From assembly GCA_030704615.1 (NCBI GenBank), contig CM060734.1, forward strand, positions 47,678,001 through 47,742,000: a stretch of DNA of 64,000 bases, in the 5' to 3' direction. Shown in pieces: positions 20,931 through 34,064 of this stretch. This stretch comes from Takakia lepidozioides (lineage: Eukaryota > Plantae > Bryophyta). Position numbers and translations under genes: made by a program. Each line of letters opens with the position of its first letter. The stretch's first letter is position 1. Under the pieces are notes generated by a model. The model ran no database searches. It saw nothing but the letters and a program-made list of their open reading frames with translations, and was not told where the DNA came from.

Positions 20931-22400
20931 ATGCCTGCAACTTCCCATCTAAGACTATTGCTGGTGCAGGAGGCTACTGGACAGGTCTACTCGGCGAATA
21001 CAGGTACTGCCTCTATTTCGAAGGTGAGCTCCTCTGGAGTGAGAGCTAATATAATAGAGCCCACTCAACGAGGGTTGGAATTTTTTACTCCCTGCATCAT
21101 ATCACGAACAGTGTCCATGTTGGCTCAACCCAAGTGTTGGCAATGTAAAGTCACCTGGTGCCTTTCAGTGGCCTGGAGGCCCAGGCTCATTCCCCTACTT
21201 CTCCATTGTCTTCTGATTCTTAAAGACTGTCCTATTTCTATGAACTCAGATTGGATGACCATAACTTTTGAGAGCTCCAAAAACACTAGAAACAACTTGC
21301 CACCTTCCTCACCATGCAACTCCCAATGTCTGACTGTGGCAAGGAGTTGTTATAGTAAGATAAGAGCGGATTCACCATACCCAGCATCGTATAACTCGGA
21401 TGGAAAGCGCTTGTCCCAGGCAGATGATTGTTCTACACCAAGGAGAACGGCTCTCTCATTTCCACCACCACTCGGTCCACAGGGAAGGTTCTTATCTGCT
21501 ACAGCTAATAGCTGCAAACAGAGGAGAAAGAGCTTGGCATCTTCATCAATAATAGGGAGGGACATGATCCACACATACGATTGCGGCACACAGAGAAGAG
21601 AGAGCCTGAAACGTGCAGCCAGTATTTGGCAACAGAGAAGACAGAGCCTGGCAGCTCCTTTGTCATATAGGGCACAACCAAGCCTGAAACAAAATCAAGC
21701 TGACCAAATGAGGACCAGGGTTTCGCAGGAGGTCGACTGGGATAATATGCTGAAAATGTTTCAGAAGCTAGACACAGGTGCATTAACAGACACTGTAGAC
21801 CCCATGGCCAAGTATGGCCTGACTACAGGTTCAATGATTGATCCGCAAGGGGCCTCAAGGAAAGGCAAGCTCCTGAGGGCACGAACCGGGCTTCCTACAG
21901 TGCAGGAAGATGTGAAATGCCCCAACTGCAAAAATCTTCAGATGCAGGTATGGGAGCTTGAAAAGGAACGGGCCGAGTGTAAGCGACTTCCAAATCAGGT
22001 GACTCGGGTGTCGGAAATGGAGAGTGCGGAGTGCAAAAGACTTCAACAACGAGTGAGGATGCTAGAAAGGAAAAGATCTGATTGCATGAGGCTTCAACAA
22101 AAGGCAGAAATGTTTGAGATGCAAGGTGCGGACTATGCGAAACTTGAAGCCGACAAGGAGTTGCTGGAACAACAGCTCCAACAGGCTCTACAGAGCAACG
22201 AGCAGTTGAAGGAGAGGAATGAGTGGCTGGAGAACAAGCTGGAGGTTCTGGGAATGCAGCACACTGAGCAGAGGAACATGATCAAGGTCCTTGGCGAGAG
22301 GTCCGATTCAGGTAGTTGCTCTGCGTCCTCAGTTTTGCCCAGCTTATCATTGGGTCGAAGAGTCGCGGATATTAACCGACTGTCACTACAGATAGCGTGA
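20931..22400 (+). CDS. Hypothetical protein with RRxSL repeats and a C-terminal coiled coil (true start probably internal; possible short last exon ~22581-22598)
   Basis: 489-codon open frame with a heptad-like E/Q/K/L-rich C-terminal third. No family recognised. Confidence 0.6.
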   Translation: MPATSHLRLLLVQEATGQVYSANTGTASISKVSSSGVRANIIEPTQRGLEFFTPCIISRTVSMLAQPKCWQCKVTWCLSVAWRPRLIPLLLHCLLILKDCPISMNSDWMTITFESSKNTRNNLPPSSPCNSQCLTVARSCYSKIRADSPYPASYNSDGKRLSQADDCSTPRRTALSFPPPLGPQGRFLSATANSCKQRRKSLASSSIIGRDMIHTYDCGTQRRESLKRAASIWQQRRQSLAAPLSYRAQPSLKQNQADQMRTRVSQEVDWDNMLKMFQKLDTGALTDTVDPMAKYGLTTGSMIDPQGASRKGKLLRARTGLPTVQEDVKCPNCKNLQMQVWELEKERAECKRLPNQVTRVSEMESAECKRLQQRVRMLERKRSDCMRLQQKAEMFEMQGADYAKLEADKELLEQQLQQALQSNEQLKERNEWLENKLEVLGMQHTEQRNMIKVLGERSDSGSCSASSVLPSLSLGRRVADINRLSLQIA

Positions 22401-23009
22401 TCATGTTGGACCCATTGCACAGCGTACACAGAGGATGAGTATGTGATCCCAAAAGAAAAGGTACTCTCTCGCCCATCAACAAACTACTGAATTGTTAGGG
22501 GAAAAATCAGGACCCCATCTCTTTGTTGACATTGCGATTGCTTACAATGTCATCACATGTACTCTGTGAGATTTAATGCAGGTACCGGAACTGTTTGAGG
22601 GAAACTTACTCGCAAGAGCTGCATGTAAGACAAGTGGTGGCGAACAGTGTCAGCTTCACACACGCATGATGATACCGCATTAATGCCCAGTCTTGAGGGG
22701 TAAAGATCTTAAGGACTTCTGAAGCGTGGTTTTAGTAAGCACTCCACTATAAGTGGCTCTCTTACTACTCACAACATGGTGGCCTCATAGCTGGAAATTC
22801 CCCAAGTTCAATTGAAGTCAAGTGCGTCTGCAGCCCTATGACCAAAGCAGCAGTAAACCACAGGCTGTCTTGTAATCTCCCTGTCCACCATGGACATGAT
22901 CTGCACAATGAGATTGCACTGTCAAAAACACAATAGGCAATTCTAGAAATTAGGCTGATAACAGAGGCTACGGAATAACAGGGGGGAGAGAAAAGGACCT
23001 GGATATGAT

Positions 23010-24276
23010 CAGCGCTGATTCCATTTCAGAGCCTCATGGAGGTATCGTAGGGCGACATGGATGTTACCCAACCCCTCCTCCATCATTGCCCCGTTGATAT
23101 AGGTAGCTGCTGTGTTTGGGTGTGAAGGTCCACATGTTGAGTGCAGCAAGTACAGAGCGCGGTGTACATAACTACACATACACCACCATTCCCAAGGCCC
23201 CCTAAATTTAGTGTACATTGCCTGCGGTGATTAGCATGTACAGTGAAATCAATTAGAAATATGGCATTAATATCTATCAATCACAATGGAGTTTCAGCCT
23301 CAAGTACAGAAGCATATCATAGCACACAATGGGACATCTTCATCACAACTCAGGAATCAGACCTCTTGGCACTGGCAGAGGCTACAGGTTTGCATGAGAG
23401 CAAAAGTTGGAGGACAGACAACAGAATGTAGAATTACTAATCTACGCACTTGAGAGTCAACTCAGTGTGCTGCAGTTGGTATTCAAACACAGCCAAGCCA
23501 CCGTAGCTTTTCATTGTGTCTGGATGATCTAGTCCAAGTTCCCGCTCATTGATATCCAGTGCCTTTTGCTGATGGATTGTAGCCTGCAATCAATCCATCC
23601 CCACATGCAAGGTCAGAATGAAGGGAGATTGCATGTATTGGAAATTTAAACAGGACAGAGTCCTTTGTAAGTGAAGAGGACATCCTATGGAAAAAATAAA
23701 GCTGAAAGTTACTGGGAAGCCCTGAACTTCATTATCGTACACGAGTTATTGAAAGTGTCTTAAGGAACAAATCCAACAGTTTTACAGGGGTCTTCAAGAA
23801 TTCTCATTAACTTCAACAAAGCAAACCAAATATTTCAACCTTATGAAGCTCTCTGATTTCTGCAATATGAGAGTGGTCTAACCTGGTTGAAGTCCCTTGT
23901 TTGGTATAACACAACAGCCAAAAGGCTGTATGCGGCTGCTGTCATATGATGATAGGCACCACACACTGCCACCAGCTTTGCCAGAGCCTGCAAAGGAAAC
24001 AAATGTAGTACTACTGCTTTACAACTCAAAATGTGCAGCTTCCAAGATGCATGACCCAAAAAATTACAATAGAAAGTATACCAACAAAACGCCTCAAGGG
24101 TAAATTAGAGAATGACAGAACTACACCATGCCAAAGCTGCAGAAACCGAAATACAGAAGCAGATTTACTCTAGCAAATCGGCTATTTCCAAAATCCTCAT
24201 CAAGCTTGCCCTTGTCTAAGGCTGTTTTCGAGGACTCTAACAATGTCCGCCCATCTGCCGATGAACATGCAACTTG
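23010..24276 (-). pseudogene. TSS/REC (CLU-family TPR protein) fragment, four exons with introns
   Basis: [24 protein letters not shown] / [28 protein letters not shown] / [24 protein letters not shown] / [20 protein letters not shown]...NQR* (premature stop). Upstream and downstream exons are absent. Confidence 0.85.
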
Positions 24277-27200
24277 CTGCACCCCAGATAGTGAACCCAT
24301 TCTCCTAGTGAGATTTCTGTTGAAAACTAATCCTCTAATGAGCTAATTTGCCGGAGTCATGGAGACTCTGAATAACTCAATCTTCCTTGATTGCAAGATT
24401 GAGATCAAACCCCTGATGGGTGGAAGTCCAGGAAACCAGACAGGACAAAGTATGGAATACCATAGCTGGAAATTAAAAAAGGAGTTGCTCCATAAATTCA
24501 CGTGACATGACATTGGATTGATAGCTGGAGGCTTTGAGGGGGTTTCAGCATAGACAAAGCTGGTACAGGTATGTTTGGACCTTGAGCATGATAATATCAA
24601 ACACTGATTCATTGTCATGAGCAGAGACATAGTTCACCAGTACACCTGCAACGCACAGGGGGAGGGATTAGAAAACTACATTCGATTGTGTTATCAACCA
24701 GGATAGAATTACCACTCCCCCTGCCCCACAGGGCCCTACTGCCTTCAACAGGCCTTCCGGGCGTCCTGTGGACTTGAGAGTTTATTTGATCGCATACCAG
24801 TGAACTTGTGCTCAACTTCTCCATCCTCTGAATCTCTCCATTGAAATTATCAATTGATTGACAGGATCACAGATGGAAAGCAAGAACGAAATGAGGTGGA
24901 GAAAGAGAAGGACCAACTTTCCACATACCAGTTCCTCTGGACTGGAAGCATAAGCAACCGGCACGTTATCATGTGTCAGAACCTCAACTCCTTTCACCTG
25001 TAAACCATGCAATTGACCACAGATCACTTACTGTTCAAGACAAAAACTTTCCATGAATCTTCTCCAGTGCTGGCCCTGACCTGAGAAAGGCTGTCTATAA
25101 AGAGCCCACAACATGTAAGAATGTCAATCACCTTCAGCCAAATAATAAATATGGTGCCAAGTTTTATTCCTTCGCTACTGAAACCACATGGACCAAAGTG
25201 GCTGCCAGGCACCAAAGGCCGAGTCCAAAATCCTATACAAAATCAAGGACATCTGTGGTAGCCTTGGCTGCCTATGAGGTCAGACGTATATTGTCTCTCC
25301 ATTTGGATGCTTAATCACAAGTGATACCACAATGTCCTACCCATCTGTGCATGTGCTGGAAGCTGAAAAATCTAGCATAGCCCTCAAGCCTCAACACAAG
25401 CAAGCCAAAGAAACAAGCAACCGACAGTGAAAGTGATCAAGGAAGGCCTTTCGAAGCACAGGAGCATACCTCTTCACCTTTGTGACTAGTGAGCACGTAC
25501 ACCTTCAGGTTGGCAGCCAGCCCTAGCTGTTTCATACAGCAAACTATCAGCTGAAATATATGATTCTGACGCAGCTTAGTACGTGAATGTATACATAAAG
25601 TTTCCACACTCAATGCCATTCTCAGACTAAATAGGAAAGAAGAAATGAAATGGTCCTTTAGAAGCTCAAAGAGCTATGGGACAAGAGGAAGAAAGAAACA
25701 AGAAAGCAAGGCTGGACAGACTAAACCCATAAAGCTTCATTGTCACACCTCCAACAGGAACCTCTTTCCAGCCCAGAAGCAAGGTAATGTAAGTTCAAAA
25801 TTGTTTCCTCAGGTCCACTTGGGACCTGTGGGCTTACCTGAACCCAGTCAGTTGTGGCAGCCAGAGCATTCCGCATAGCATCGTCACTACCCTGGAACAA
25901 TTCGTTTGGCTGCATCCACCTCCATAGCTTCCAGTCAAGTCCCCTCTTCATGGAAGCTCTCTAAAGACTAAGACTACACCCCTCATTTTTGCACCCCATC
26001 TGAACTGGGTTCGGGGTCTTTGACCACAACAGTACAGTAAGCACAGCCCAAAGTGACAATCTCTTTGACTATCCCTGATCCATGTAGACCTACAGTTGTA
26101 ACTAGGGCACGTGGCTCCAACCATGGGGCTGAATCAGACACCACTAAGACATCCCATGAACATTAACATGTCAGCAAAACTTGAGTGTCCATGTTATCAC
26201 AGCTTTGTCATAATAGGGGTCCATTTTGAGACCTGCTCATATTTGGGTGTTTCTACCTTACTGATTTTGCAAACCATGCAACTGCTTGCCGGTAGAGAAT
26301 GCACTGTAACCAGAATTGGTGATGGAAAAGACCTGACAAGACTAGTGATATCAAAAAGGGCCAATAGAGCACCTGAAGAGAAAGACCAGTTAAGAGTCCC
26401 TCCTAAAGGGGTCTCCAAATGGAGACCCCCCTATGGCGGTGTCCATATCGGGCGTATCCTATCGTTGAAGCTGCAAATCAAACATGATGGATTGTCAAAA
26501 GAACAGAGAATGGGTTGATGTATTTCCCTGCTACATTTTCCCGATTTTCTGTAAGAGTCATGGTAGTGAGACACATCAACAACCATCTGAATCGCTAGCA
26601 ACATCACCAGTGAAAAGGCAAAGCACCAAAATGAACCTGCCAATGCCAGTTCTAGCCAAGTTGCGCTGTGATGCATTCACACCTCGTCCGTTGTTTGGCA
26701 ATCTCTCCGAAGTCCCAACCACCATACCCAATTCAGCTCAACAGAAAGTCACTCTGCAGGATAAACCCTTAGAAAGTAATCTGTGGAATACATACCCCGC
26801 CTTCAGTCAAACAATTGCTAGTGAGGAGAGGGAGAAGCAGAAGAAAAAACATCAGAGAGTTTTCAACTGTCTCGGTCATCATCAAATGTCTTGGTCATTT
26901 GAAGAAGAAACAGTATAGAGTTTTTAAGAGTCTTCTTCAGAGACGATTCTCTATCTGTAAGAAAGAAGAAACAAATGTCTTGGTCATCATCGGAAACTAG
27001 GTGGGCAATTTGTGAGGTATGTCGCAAACCCAAAAAATCACGGGTTGTTGACGACCATACCCAGGATGATGGCGAAGAAAAGATAGCTGAGCCAGAGGAC
27101 AGGGGACAAGGAGGGGAGGCGGATGTGGAGCAGGAACAGGAAGAAGATCATGGCAAGGAGAATGCTGAAATGCCCACGAGCCTAGTTGCTGAAGATGATC

Positions 27201-27532
27201 TTTCTGCGCATGCAGTGCCTACGATTCATAGGTGCTCGTCAAGAATCAGGAGGGAGAATCCAATCTTTAGCCCATACCTTCGTTATTGTTAACTTTTGGA
27301 GCAGGTCTTAAATTGTAGAAGACCTCTATCAGTGGGTAATTTCTTTTGCTGCATGTGGTTGGTTGTTGTGTATAGTGATGCAACTGTTCTCCTTTGGCAA
27401 AGGAGCATGTTTTACTCAATGATTATCCCTCTCCACCTTTTTGGGCTGTTTTGTGACAGTAATATCTCAATTTGAAGTGTGTTTTGAAGTGCTGGTTACG
27501 CCGCTGTAACTGACTTATTTAATGCGTGATGG

Positions 27533-27665
27533 CAACAATCCAGGATACGTCTGCTGGATACTAAGCCATTTGCATACACATTTGGACCCAAGAAGAAGCA
27601 GCGCTGTCCCAAGCTGGCACTGAATGACTTTTTAGGTCTGGTTCAGAAAGTCCAAGACGCGCGAG
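27533..27665 (+). pseudogene. Isolated exon resembling nucleolar GTPase NUG2/GNL2
   Basis: QQSRIRLLDTKPFAYTFGPKKKQRCPKL...|GT matches the remembered NUG2 segment (LLDxEPFxxxFGPKxKRKRPKL). Confidence 0.6.
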
Positions 27666-28451
27666 GTCTGTAGCTACCTACATTTCCAGCATGTTGGCTT
27701 GCATTGCAATTTTTAGTCAATCAATTCTGCATATGGAAACGGCAGGGGTACCTATAACGCCATAATCTGCCTCCCATGCTCTTAACAGTATAAGCACATG
27801 CAAAGAATGTTCGTCATTTGTTTTGTTCTCGCTTTTATCTTCTACTGTTTCTGGGTGCAGGCAAACCTTGAAAGGGGAGAACATGTTTCAAAATATCTAC
27901 AAGACTGTAGTAGTAGGTAACTTGACCTTCAGCGTGTGTACTGCAACAGAGCTTAAATTTATGAGGGACAGGTAAGCAAGCACTCAAATACAACATGTAT
28001 TTACATAGTAATCAAGTAAGGATGCCTTTTTGGGGTTGGGTGTGACAGAACATTGCTGACACATTGGCAAGAGACTGCACTCAGAGGCGCAATGCAGCTC
28101 AGGTATCCCCTAATTTGCGGACTCTGAGGCATTTCACGTACATTTTGAAGGGTAGAGTTTTGGCCCAAGTCATTTGGTGTGTAAATGTATAAACATTCAA
28201 TATCATGTCCCTGTGAGAGTTCTCTCTTTGGCCTTTGTACTCATACAACCATGTTGTAGTAATATACAGAGCCGGTGGCAAAGTGTAGTAAGGTAGTGTT
28301 TCTTTTCTCCTTCTGTCCGTGCTTGATTGAGGGGGAGGGGCCCATGTAAGTAGGTAGAATATGGAGAGTGATAGTGTCATCAGACTTGAATCTTACTTTT
28401 TTCTGGAGGCTACTGCGAATGTGTGCTAAAGTGTTGTTACATTGCTTTACA

Positions 28452-30548
28452 GATCATGGCCTTGGCACGGCCAGCAGTGCTTGTGTGTGTGGTTGCCCAG
28501 AGTGCAAGGTACATAATGACCACAATCTACTACTGGGAAGCAGCTGAGGCTTTCATGCCTGCTCTCATTCATGTTTCCAAATGCAACCTGAAACAGGTGA
28601 CTCACCCAACCCAAAAGCTGAGTTGGGGGCTCAAGTGTTCTAGTCATTGCCGTCTCTTTTGTTTGTGCCATAAGCTCTCTGATCAGAAATGGTTTGCAAC
28701 AATATAGGGCTGTAGTTGTTTGCATTTTTGTCCCCTTGAGCATGTTCGTCACCATCAATTTTGCAACATGTCATTGTGTTTTGTGGTGTTGTGGTGGTCA
28801 CTGGCACGGATCCTACTGTGGTCATTAATGGTGATAGGCGTAGTGGTTGGATTATTGTCAGGGTGCCTGGCCGCATCATACCGTGTTTTCCCCCAAGTCT
28901 TCACTGGTGACATTGCTATTATTATCATGTACGCTCTCCTCCATATTTTATGGTTGATTTCTTAATCTCCTGCAGTGTACTAGCTGGATGGTGATAGTAT
29001 AGTTTCATTTTGTTTATGCAGTGCCTGGGTTGTTGACCATTGTTCTAGCAAAATTGGCGAATTTTTTCTTTTTTCTAAAACATTTCTCGGTTTATTCTTT
29101 GCAGATGAGGATGGTGACATTGCCATTTCTCTGCAGATTGCTGATGACCCCACCTACTTCCACTTTGGAAGGAACCCTGCTGGCCTTTCTCACTCTTTCT
29201 CCCTCCCACTCGTAAGGTCGATCTAGGCAATGTCGTGTTGAATGGTTTTTTTTTACTGAAAGAAGTCAATTGTGCCAAATTCCTCATCGCAAAATGGGCT
29301 GGACTGCACCCATGCCATACATTCTTCCATAGATTTGGAATCTTCCCTAATTGGTCATTCCCCTGGCCACTTTACTACTCTTCTCCTTGAAAAAACAGAA
29401 TGTACTCAGAAGACATTGTTTGCCGTAGCCATCGCAAAAATAGAATCAACAGGAATCAGACACGACTGCTGATTGCTTTGTATGGCCAGCCTTGCAATGC
29501 AGGATTCATGGGATCCCCTGAAGATCTTAGCTATTTCAAGCCTTGTAAACTTCTCTGGAGACATTTTGCTATGCGCCTTCCTTGGATATGGTATTGCTGG
29601 TGCTGCATGGGCAACAATGGCCTCCCAGGTGTGCCACTCTCTCTTGTCGACACCCATATTAAGCTTCCAGCAGCCAGCATGAAATTTCCTTGACAAGCAA
29701 AGATGTATAGCGTCAGATTCTAAGCATCCTGATAGTCCATGGTCCAGGCACGGCTGGTGGGCCATCAGGGTCCCTGCCAATGTTCCACACCATGGGGTCC
29801 TGTGACCTTATCGACTTTGAAAAGGGAGGTTCTTGGAGGGAAGCAGTTCCTCCTAAAATATGGACAATTGTCAGGAAGTGCCCAGTATTTTGTCTAAAAC
29901 CTGGGGCTTATGGCCCATGCCATCCAGATGTCTTTGGTAATATGGTGATGTGGATGCTTTGTTGGTGAGCGTCTGACCAAGAGCAAGAGCTGGCTTAAAC
30001 AGTCTTCCTGTTGTTTGCTACATTGGACCAGCTGCTGGCCGCTTCTGATTGTGGTAAGACTATCTCACAGTAATGTGGCAGGATTCTTGATGCTGGAGTC
30101 ATTGAATGGGAAAGGCTACAATGCATTGGCTATTGCTGCACCTTCCTGGACGGAGCTTACACACATAGCGCAGCTGGCTGTTCCTGTTCTTCTAACCAGT
30201 ATGTCAAAGGTACACATTCTTCCTCAAATGCCTGATATTAATCTTGTTGGCCACAAATCTCTACTATTTATCTTGCCTAGCAACGGAGGGGTAACATGTC
30301 ATGTGTTTTGTCCTTGTCTTCAGGATGATGTGTCTATGATGACTTTTCGGTGGACGTTATAAACTTCTTTTCTTTGCTATCCGGTAGATATATGTAGATT
30401 TTTGTCCAAATCTCGACCAGGTACTAAGCCTGGCACTTGATTCAAAATATTGGGAATTTGGGTTACCTTGGATGCAGGTAATGTTTTATATGCTGAGGAC
30501 ATATTTGGTAACATCTTTGGTGATGGGGGCCTTCTGCTGCTTTCCCAG
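28452..30548 (+). pseudogene. MATE transporter (EDS5/DTX46-like) fragment with out-of-order exons
   Basis: Exons PAVLVCVVAQSA, ARILLWSLMVIG...[28 protein letters not shown]...[30 protein letters not shown]...MSK and VMFYML. The N-terminal half is missing. Confidence 0.8.
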
Positions 30549-32018
30549 TAAGTCCTTGGTCAGGTGCGGTGTCAAAGGATGTGTGTGATGGTTGGGATGC
30601 AGGTGATGATAGGGATCTACTGTCTTTGTGGTGTGTGGGGAGAGCGCAAAAAGGAGGGGTTTGAGGAAGGATGATAAGAGAGAAAGGTCTAGTACCTAGC
30701 GGGATGCTCACTAGACTAGCAGTCCTATCTAGCTTTTGAACTCCGCCGATAGTATTGCACTTACAGGGTTCTTGGCAAATTGGTGGGGCAGTGCTTCTTT
30801 CCACAGTATTTACTGCCATAGATATTAAAACTGCTCTTTCTATTCTCAATTAAAGCTATGATTAATGGCAGGTATTGAAAGGCACTTCCACTCCCCTGCA
30901 GTATGTCTGCATGTGGAACCTACTGACATCATCTCTTGCACCCAAAAATGCAATTTGTGTTTGGCTACTTTCCTGTATGTTTCCAAGAGAAGGAAATTAC
31001 TATAAGCACCTTGAATGGCAGTTCTATTTGCCAAAAAACTTAATGTTAAACCCTGAAACTGAGAGAATGATATCGGTTTATACTGTTTATCTAATGGGGT
31101 TCACTATGCACTACGTGTGTAGCTGGATAGTATTATTTTTGCAACCTCTTTGGACGCTTGGGGTATGGTTTGAATTGACATGGTGTTGGAAGCCCTCAAG
31201 CCTGTACAGAACAGCAAAATGGAATGCTCACTTGTGCTTCTGGAGTACAGTGATGCATCATGTGCATTTCTTCACCTCTTTGAAGCCCAAGAGCTGGCCA
31301 GGTTCAGGGGAGCGGGCAAATAAGATGTGGGACAAAATAGAGACTACTAATATTCAGGGGTCTGGTGGGATTGATAGTAGAATTGATGAGAACAGCTCCA
31401 CAGGTTCAGATGATAGAGATTTTTGTGCTTACAACACTCAGCAACAATGATACTGAGGAAAAAGCTTAAGATAGGAGTATTGACAATACTGGTATAGACA
31501 ATATTGCTGTGTGTGGATGTTTGGCACTGAAAAGGAGCAGTCAGTAATCACTGCCCAAGGCTTAGAAAGAAACAGAATAAAAACAACCATATTTCATGAG
31601 GAAGTCCTGGGAACTGTAGTCTGTACATTTTAGTTCTGAAAAAAGGTAGAACGGTTCAGAATTCTCTCGCTGTACGTGGATCATATTCCCACTTGCTCAC
31701 TTGCATGGATCAAATTCAACAGAGGGAAAAAGGCATCAGATATATCAATTGAAACAAATTTGGATTTTAATGTCATCTCAGCAAGCCTATGTCATTTCAA
31801 CAAGTGCTGAAATGACATCTATCCTATTACTCGTCCAGCTCTGTCGTTTTGTACATATCGTTCAAATGAGACATACAGCAACATATTTTGTTGGAAAGAC
31901 ATTCAGAGTAAAATGTATTTTCAGCATGTCATTTCAACAGTGTTTTGCACTAGTGTAAGTGTAGTTGATATGGGGTGCTATGCATACTACAGCGGTTGCA
32001 GCTCCCACCACCTTGCCT

Positions 32019-34064
32019 CTAGGATGTATAGCCGAGTTGCTGCAAAGAGAGGCGAGTCTTAGCCTCCAGAACTAGAGGGATTGTCCGGGGGGCAGTCAGT
32101 CCGAAACTCTCCATCATGTCAATATCCTTCAACTCTTGTGCTGAGGGTGACCCCGGAAAGTTCCAGTCGAAAGCTTGAACAGCTGCGGCGAGCAGATACT
32201 GCAAAGCAGCAAATCCCATTTGAGCACCCGCACATCCCCGTCTGCCAGAGCCGAATGGAAGGAAATGGTAATCTGATCCGAATGGGTTAACATCTGCTCT
32301 GAGAAATCGTTCTGGGTCGAAGGTCAGGGGATCCTTCCAGTGAGTGGGGTCATGGCTGATCGCCCACACGTTAACCAGAAGCATGGTCTTCTCTGGCACA
32401 TGGTATCCCGCTATTGTCATTGGCGACGCACTGATACGAGAGCTTAGTATCGTGGCTGGAGGATGGAGGCGTAATATCTCCTTGCATACAGCTATAAGGT
32501 ATGGCAGGTTCGGGAGGTCTGACTCCTCTACGCGACGACTTGTGCCAACAACAGTATCGATCTCACTCTGAAGCCTTTTCATTATGTGAGGATGCCGGCA
32601 AAGTTCCCCAAGGGCCCATTCTCCACTAGCTGCGGATGTGTCAGCTCCTGCACCCATCATATTCTGCATCAAGCAACACATTTGGACACACTTAGTCGCT
32701 TGCATTAGAAAGCCTGCATTCCGTTTAACTCTAAAACTTGAACTGGCAAGGTTCTCGGTGCCATAAAGGAGACCAACAAACGATCTACGGATAATACGCT
32801 TGAATGTCAGATTGTCAAGTCCACATGACTGGGCACTAAACTCTCTTCGTGTCAGATGCTACTGTCTGCTTTAATGGAACAGTTCGAGTCCTTCTCGTTG
32901 AGTATCAATCTCACTCGTGTCTGGACATTACGACTATTACTGAGTACGTTCTTAAAATGTCCGTGAGCTTGATCGTAGGAAACCTGTAAACTTTCTGACG
33001 CCTTTTCCTGGTCGCTGCTCCCCCAACAGCCTGATCACAAGACCCTCTGCTAACATACAACAGTCTTACTGAGAGGAAATCCTTCTCCAATCGAAGAAAG
33101 TTTGGAGGCTACAAGATTGTCATACCATCAAGATTCCCATTATCGCCTTGTCGGGAAGGTCTTTCGTCTCCACCATGGAAAATAGCACATCGATGATGTC
33201 TTGAGTTCCAGTGGATCCTTGGGCATCCCGATTTTGTCTGTGCTCTTCAATGATGAGTTCAAATATCTTCTCAATCACGGGCCTTATTTCCTTGAGCTGT
33301 TTTTCTATCCCTTGGAGATCAAACCATCTCAACCCGGGGATAAGGTCCGCAATGTTGAGCTTCCCAAGCAGCGCTGGAATGTCGACGACTGCGTAGTTGA
33401 TGAACCTCTCATATATGCGTCGGGACTCCTCGTCAGCCCCTTTGAACCGTGCACCCATGAGCATCCGAACCATGATATGGCTTGTTGCGCCAGTCAAGGT
33501 GGGTCTAACTTTAACTTCAGCTCCCTTCTGCACATTGTCATGTATGGCGAGTACCATGCTTGCCATCTCCTCTCTTCGGATTCCTCCAAACGTTCTCAGC
33601 CGGGACGCCGACAGCAGCTCAGTCGTGCAGATCTTCCGAAGAAACTTGGACTGCGCCCCAGAGGAAAAGATGATGTCGTTGTAGTCAAAGCTAAAGTACT
33701 TCCCCGCAATGATATCAGGACGCTCTGAACTCAAATCAGCATCATGCACCTTCAGAACCTGTTTAGCCAAATCTGCATTGGAGACAACCACAATACGTCT
33801 GGACCCAAGAGTGATAGACATGATGGGCCCATATATCTTGGCCAGTGCCTCGTAAGTGCGGTGAGGTATAGAACTCATGAGAAACATGGAGCCGAAGATC
33901 GGCCATGCAACCGGCCCTGGAGGTAGATTCCGAGATCTCTTTTGCAGCTGGACTACGACGAGAAACAAGACCAGACCCGCTAACACCAACACTACAGCAT
34001 TACCAGGGCTACCACCGCCGAGAGGAGACCACCCCAGCAATCTCTCTCCCACCGAACTGCTCAT
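32019..34064 (-). CDS. Cytochrome P450, CYP71 clan (A-type), two exons 34064-33126 and 32663-32019, ~527 aa
   Basis: TM anchor, LPPGP hinge, AGADTS I-helix, KEILR, PERF and PFGSGRRGCAG heme motif. Single phase-0 intron. TATA-like element at ~34170. Confidence 0.95.

Noticed and set aside
30875-31450. 191-aa ORF as a real gene
   Set aside because: No motif, an alternative start codon and intron-like composition in its first part; it lies within the fragment mosaic.
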